DNA of 64,000 nt from Hormiphora californensis (Eukaryota; Animalia; Ctenophora), in NCBI GenBank assembly GCA_020137815.1, contig CM035350.1, positions 186,001 through 250,000 on the forward strand. Direction: 5' to 3'. How positions within the stretch are numbered: the first letter of the stretch is position 1; every line of letters begins with the position of its first letter. The notes beneath the pieces are model-generated. The model was not told the DNA's origin, did no database searches, and was given only the letters and a program-made list of their open reading frames with translations. Positions 63,000 to 64,000 of this stretch are shown here, piece by piece. The position numbers and the translations under genes are program-made.

Positions 63000-63401
63000 C
63001 CTTTGTAACATCCCGAGTCTTCTATGCCTGACCAAACTTCGAACCACGTGAGATCAATACAGGGATCATCCCCTCAACATGTCTCTACCACGGACGGTGT
63101 CATCAGCCCTACACAGCTGATCCAGAGGGCTCTATATAATGTTTGGATCTCTAGTCTACAAAGCATGACTTTTCAGCAATTAGTTTATCGTGCGCTGCGG
63201 GCTCCGTGACTATCACAGGCTACCTCTTAGACTCCCTCTCTACCGACTAGAGATCCTGACATCGATGAGCGAGATCTCACACATATGTACTGACAAGCGT
63301 TCTTCTATGATATTGTGATGTTATCACTATCAGTGTCATGTTTCAACACACTGGTATGAATAAAGAGAGAAAAAATCATGAAAGTAAAAAGTAAGCCAAA
63401 T

Positions 63402-63471
63402 CACCCCATCCGGATTCGAACCCTGATCATCGGGGTGAGAGTCCATGGTGTAACCACTACACCACTGATGG
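63402..63471 (-). pseudogene. tRNA-Glu(CTC)-like pseudogene or SINE head
   Basis: TGGTGTAGTGG A box, CTCTCAC loop, GGTTCGAATCC B box; anticodon and T stems pair poorly; T-runs follow. Confidence 0.55.
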
Positions 63472-64000
63472 AAAATGTAAGAATGGACAAGACGGGAGGA
63501 ATTCTGACTCATCTAGAGGATAAGGAATGTGACGTGTGCTTAGTACAGGAGACTTATCTAAAAGCTACGGATACAGCGAAGATCAGGGAAATACAGGATA
63601 ATGGATGGCAGGTATTCTCTAGTCCAAGGAGTGAGAGAGCTGGTGGTGGCATTGGCGTTTTCTATAGGGACGGAGTAGTGGTCAAACGAGCACCTGTTAA
63701 AGACAAGTTCAAGACCTTTCAGGTCCAGGAAGTCCTTATTGGAGGAGATGATGATCTTGTGAGGCTCTGTAATATATACAGACCCCCCTACAATGGAAAG
63801 GCTCGGTATACAGAGGCAAATTTTCTGGAAGAGTTTAATGGATATATATCGAACCTTCTCATGAAAACAGGAAATCCGATGATCATGGGAGACTTCAATT
63901 TCCAGGTTCAAGACTCAGGCAACTTTTATGCGAGGAAGCTTCTTCACCTTTTGGACTCATTTGACTTTGTGCAGAATGTACCATCAGTTCCGACTCATGT
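63468..64000 (+). mobile_element. APE endonuclease of an L2/CR1-group LINE, running off the window end (absent from the ORF track)
   Basis: Open frame from ATG 63468: DVCLVQETYL, RAGGGIGVFYR, CNIYRPP, MIMGDFNF, FVQNVPSVPTH. Confidence 0.88.

Larger units (their letters stand above)
46427..63128. mobile_element. Composite Penelope-like element insertion: inverted 5'-truncated copy (46427-55904, minus) plus partial tandem full copy (55913-63127, plus)
   Basis: Flanking duplication GCTCTATATA(ATGTT) at 46417 and 63129; pseudo-LTR repeats; RT (YVDD) plus C-terminal GIY-YIG (NVVYKATCRRC..YIGATGR..EH). Confidence 0.93.

Noticed and set aside
63558-63911. 117-aa minus-strand ORF
   Set aside because: Antisense shadow of the plus-strand LINE endonuclease.

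Overview
Eukaryotic (animal) genomic DNA with compact genes, short GT-AG introns and many transposons. The style suggests a small-genome invertebrate such as a ctenophore, but that is inference only. Host genes: a TSP1-like single-pass membrane protein, ADP-dependent glucokinase (ADPGK, two allelic copies), condensin I kleisin NCAPH, a probable GPCR last exon, a multi-C2H2 zinc-finger gene, ABHD16A and SAMD8/SMSr. Bases ~10.3-20.2 kb are an error-ridden, apparently unpolished haplotype copy whose right half duplicates the window start. Three nested TE stacks can be resolved to the base by their TSDs: (1) an ORF-less LTR element inside a MITE inside a 9-kb zinc-finger intron; (2) an IS3EU-type foldback inside a Merlin-type foldback inside a CR1/L2 LINE inside another Merlin-type copy; (3) a 16.7-kb Penelope-like insertion with three hammerhead ribozymes that hosts a short-LTR Gypsy (itself hit by a Kolobok-type MITE) and a 3.3-kb ORF-less TPRT-type retroposon carrying a Pol III cassette and a satellite. 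Most notable: that ORF-less retroposon; two divergent, operon-like gene pairs whose upstream regions share the same motif blocks in shuffled order; and a minisatellite built from ~48 copies of a 3' splice-site-like unit abutting a real acceptor.
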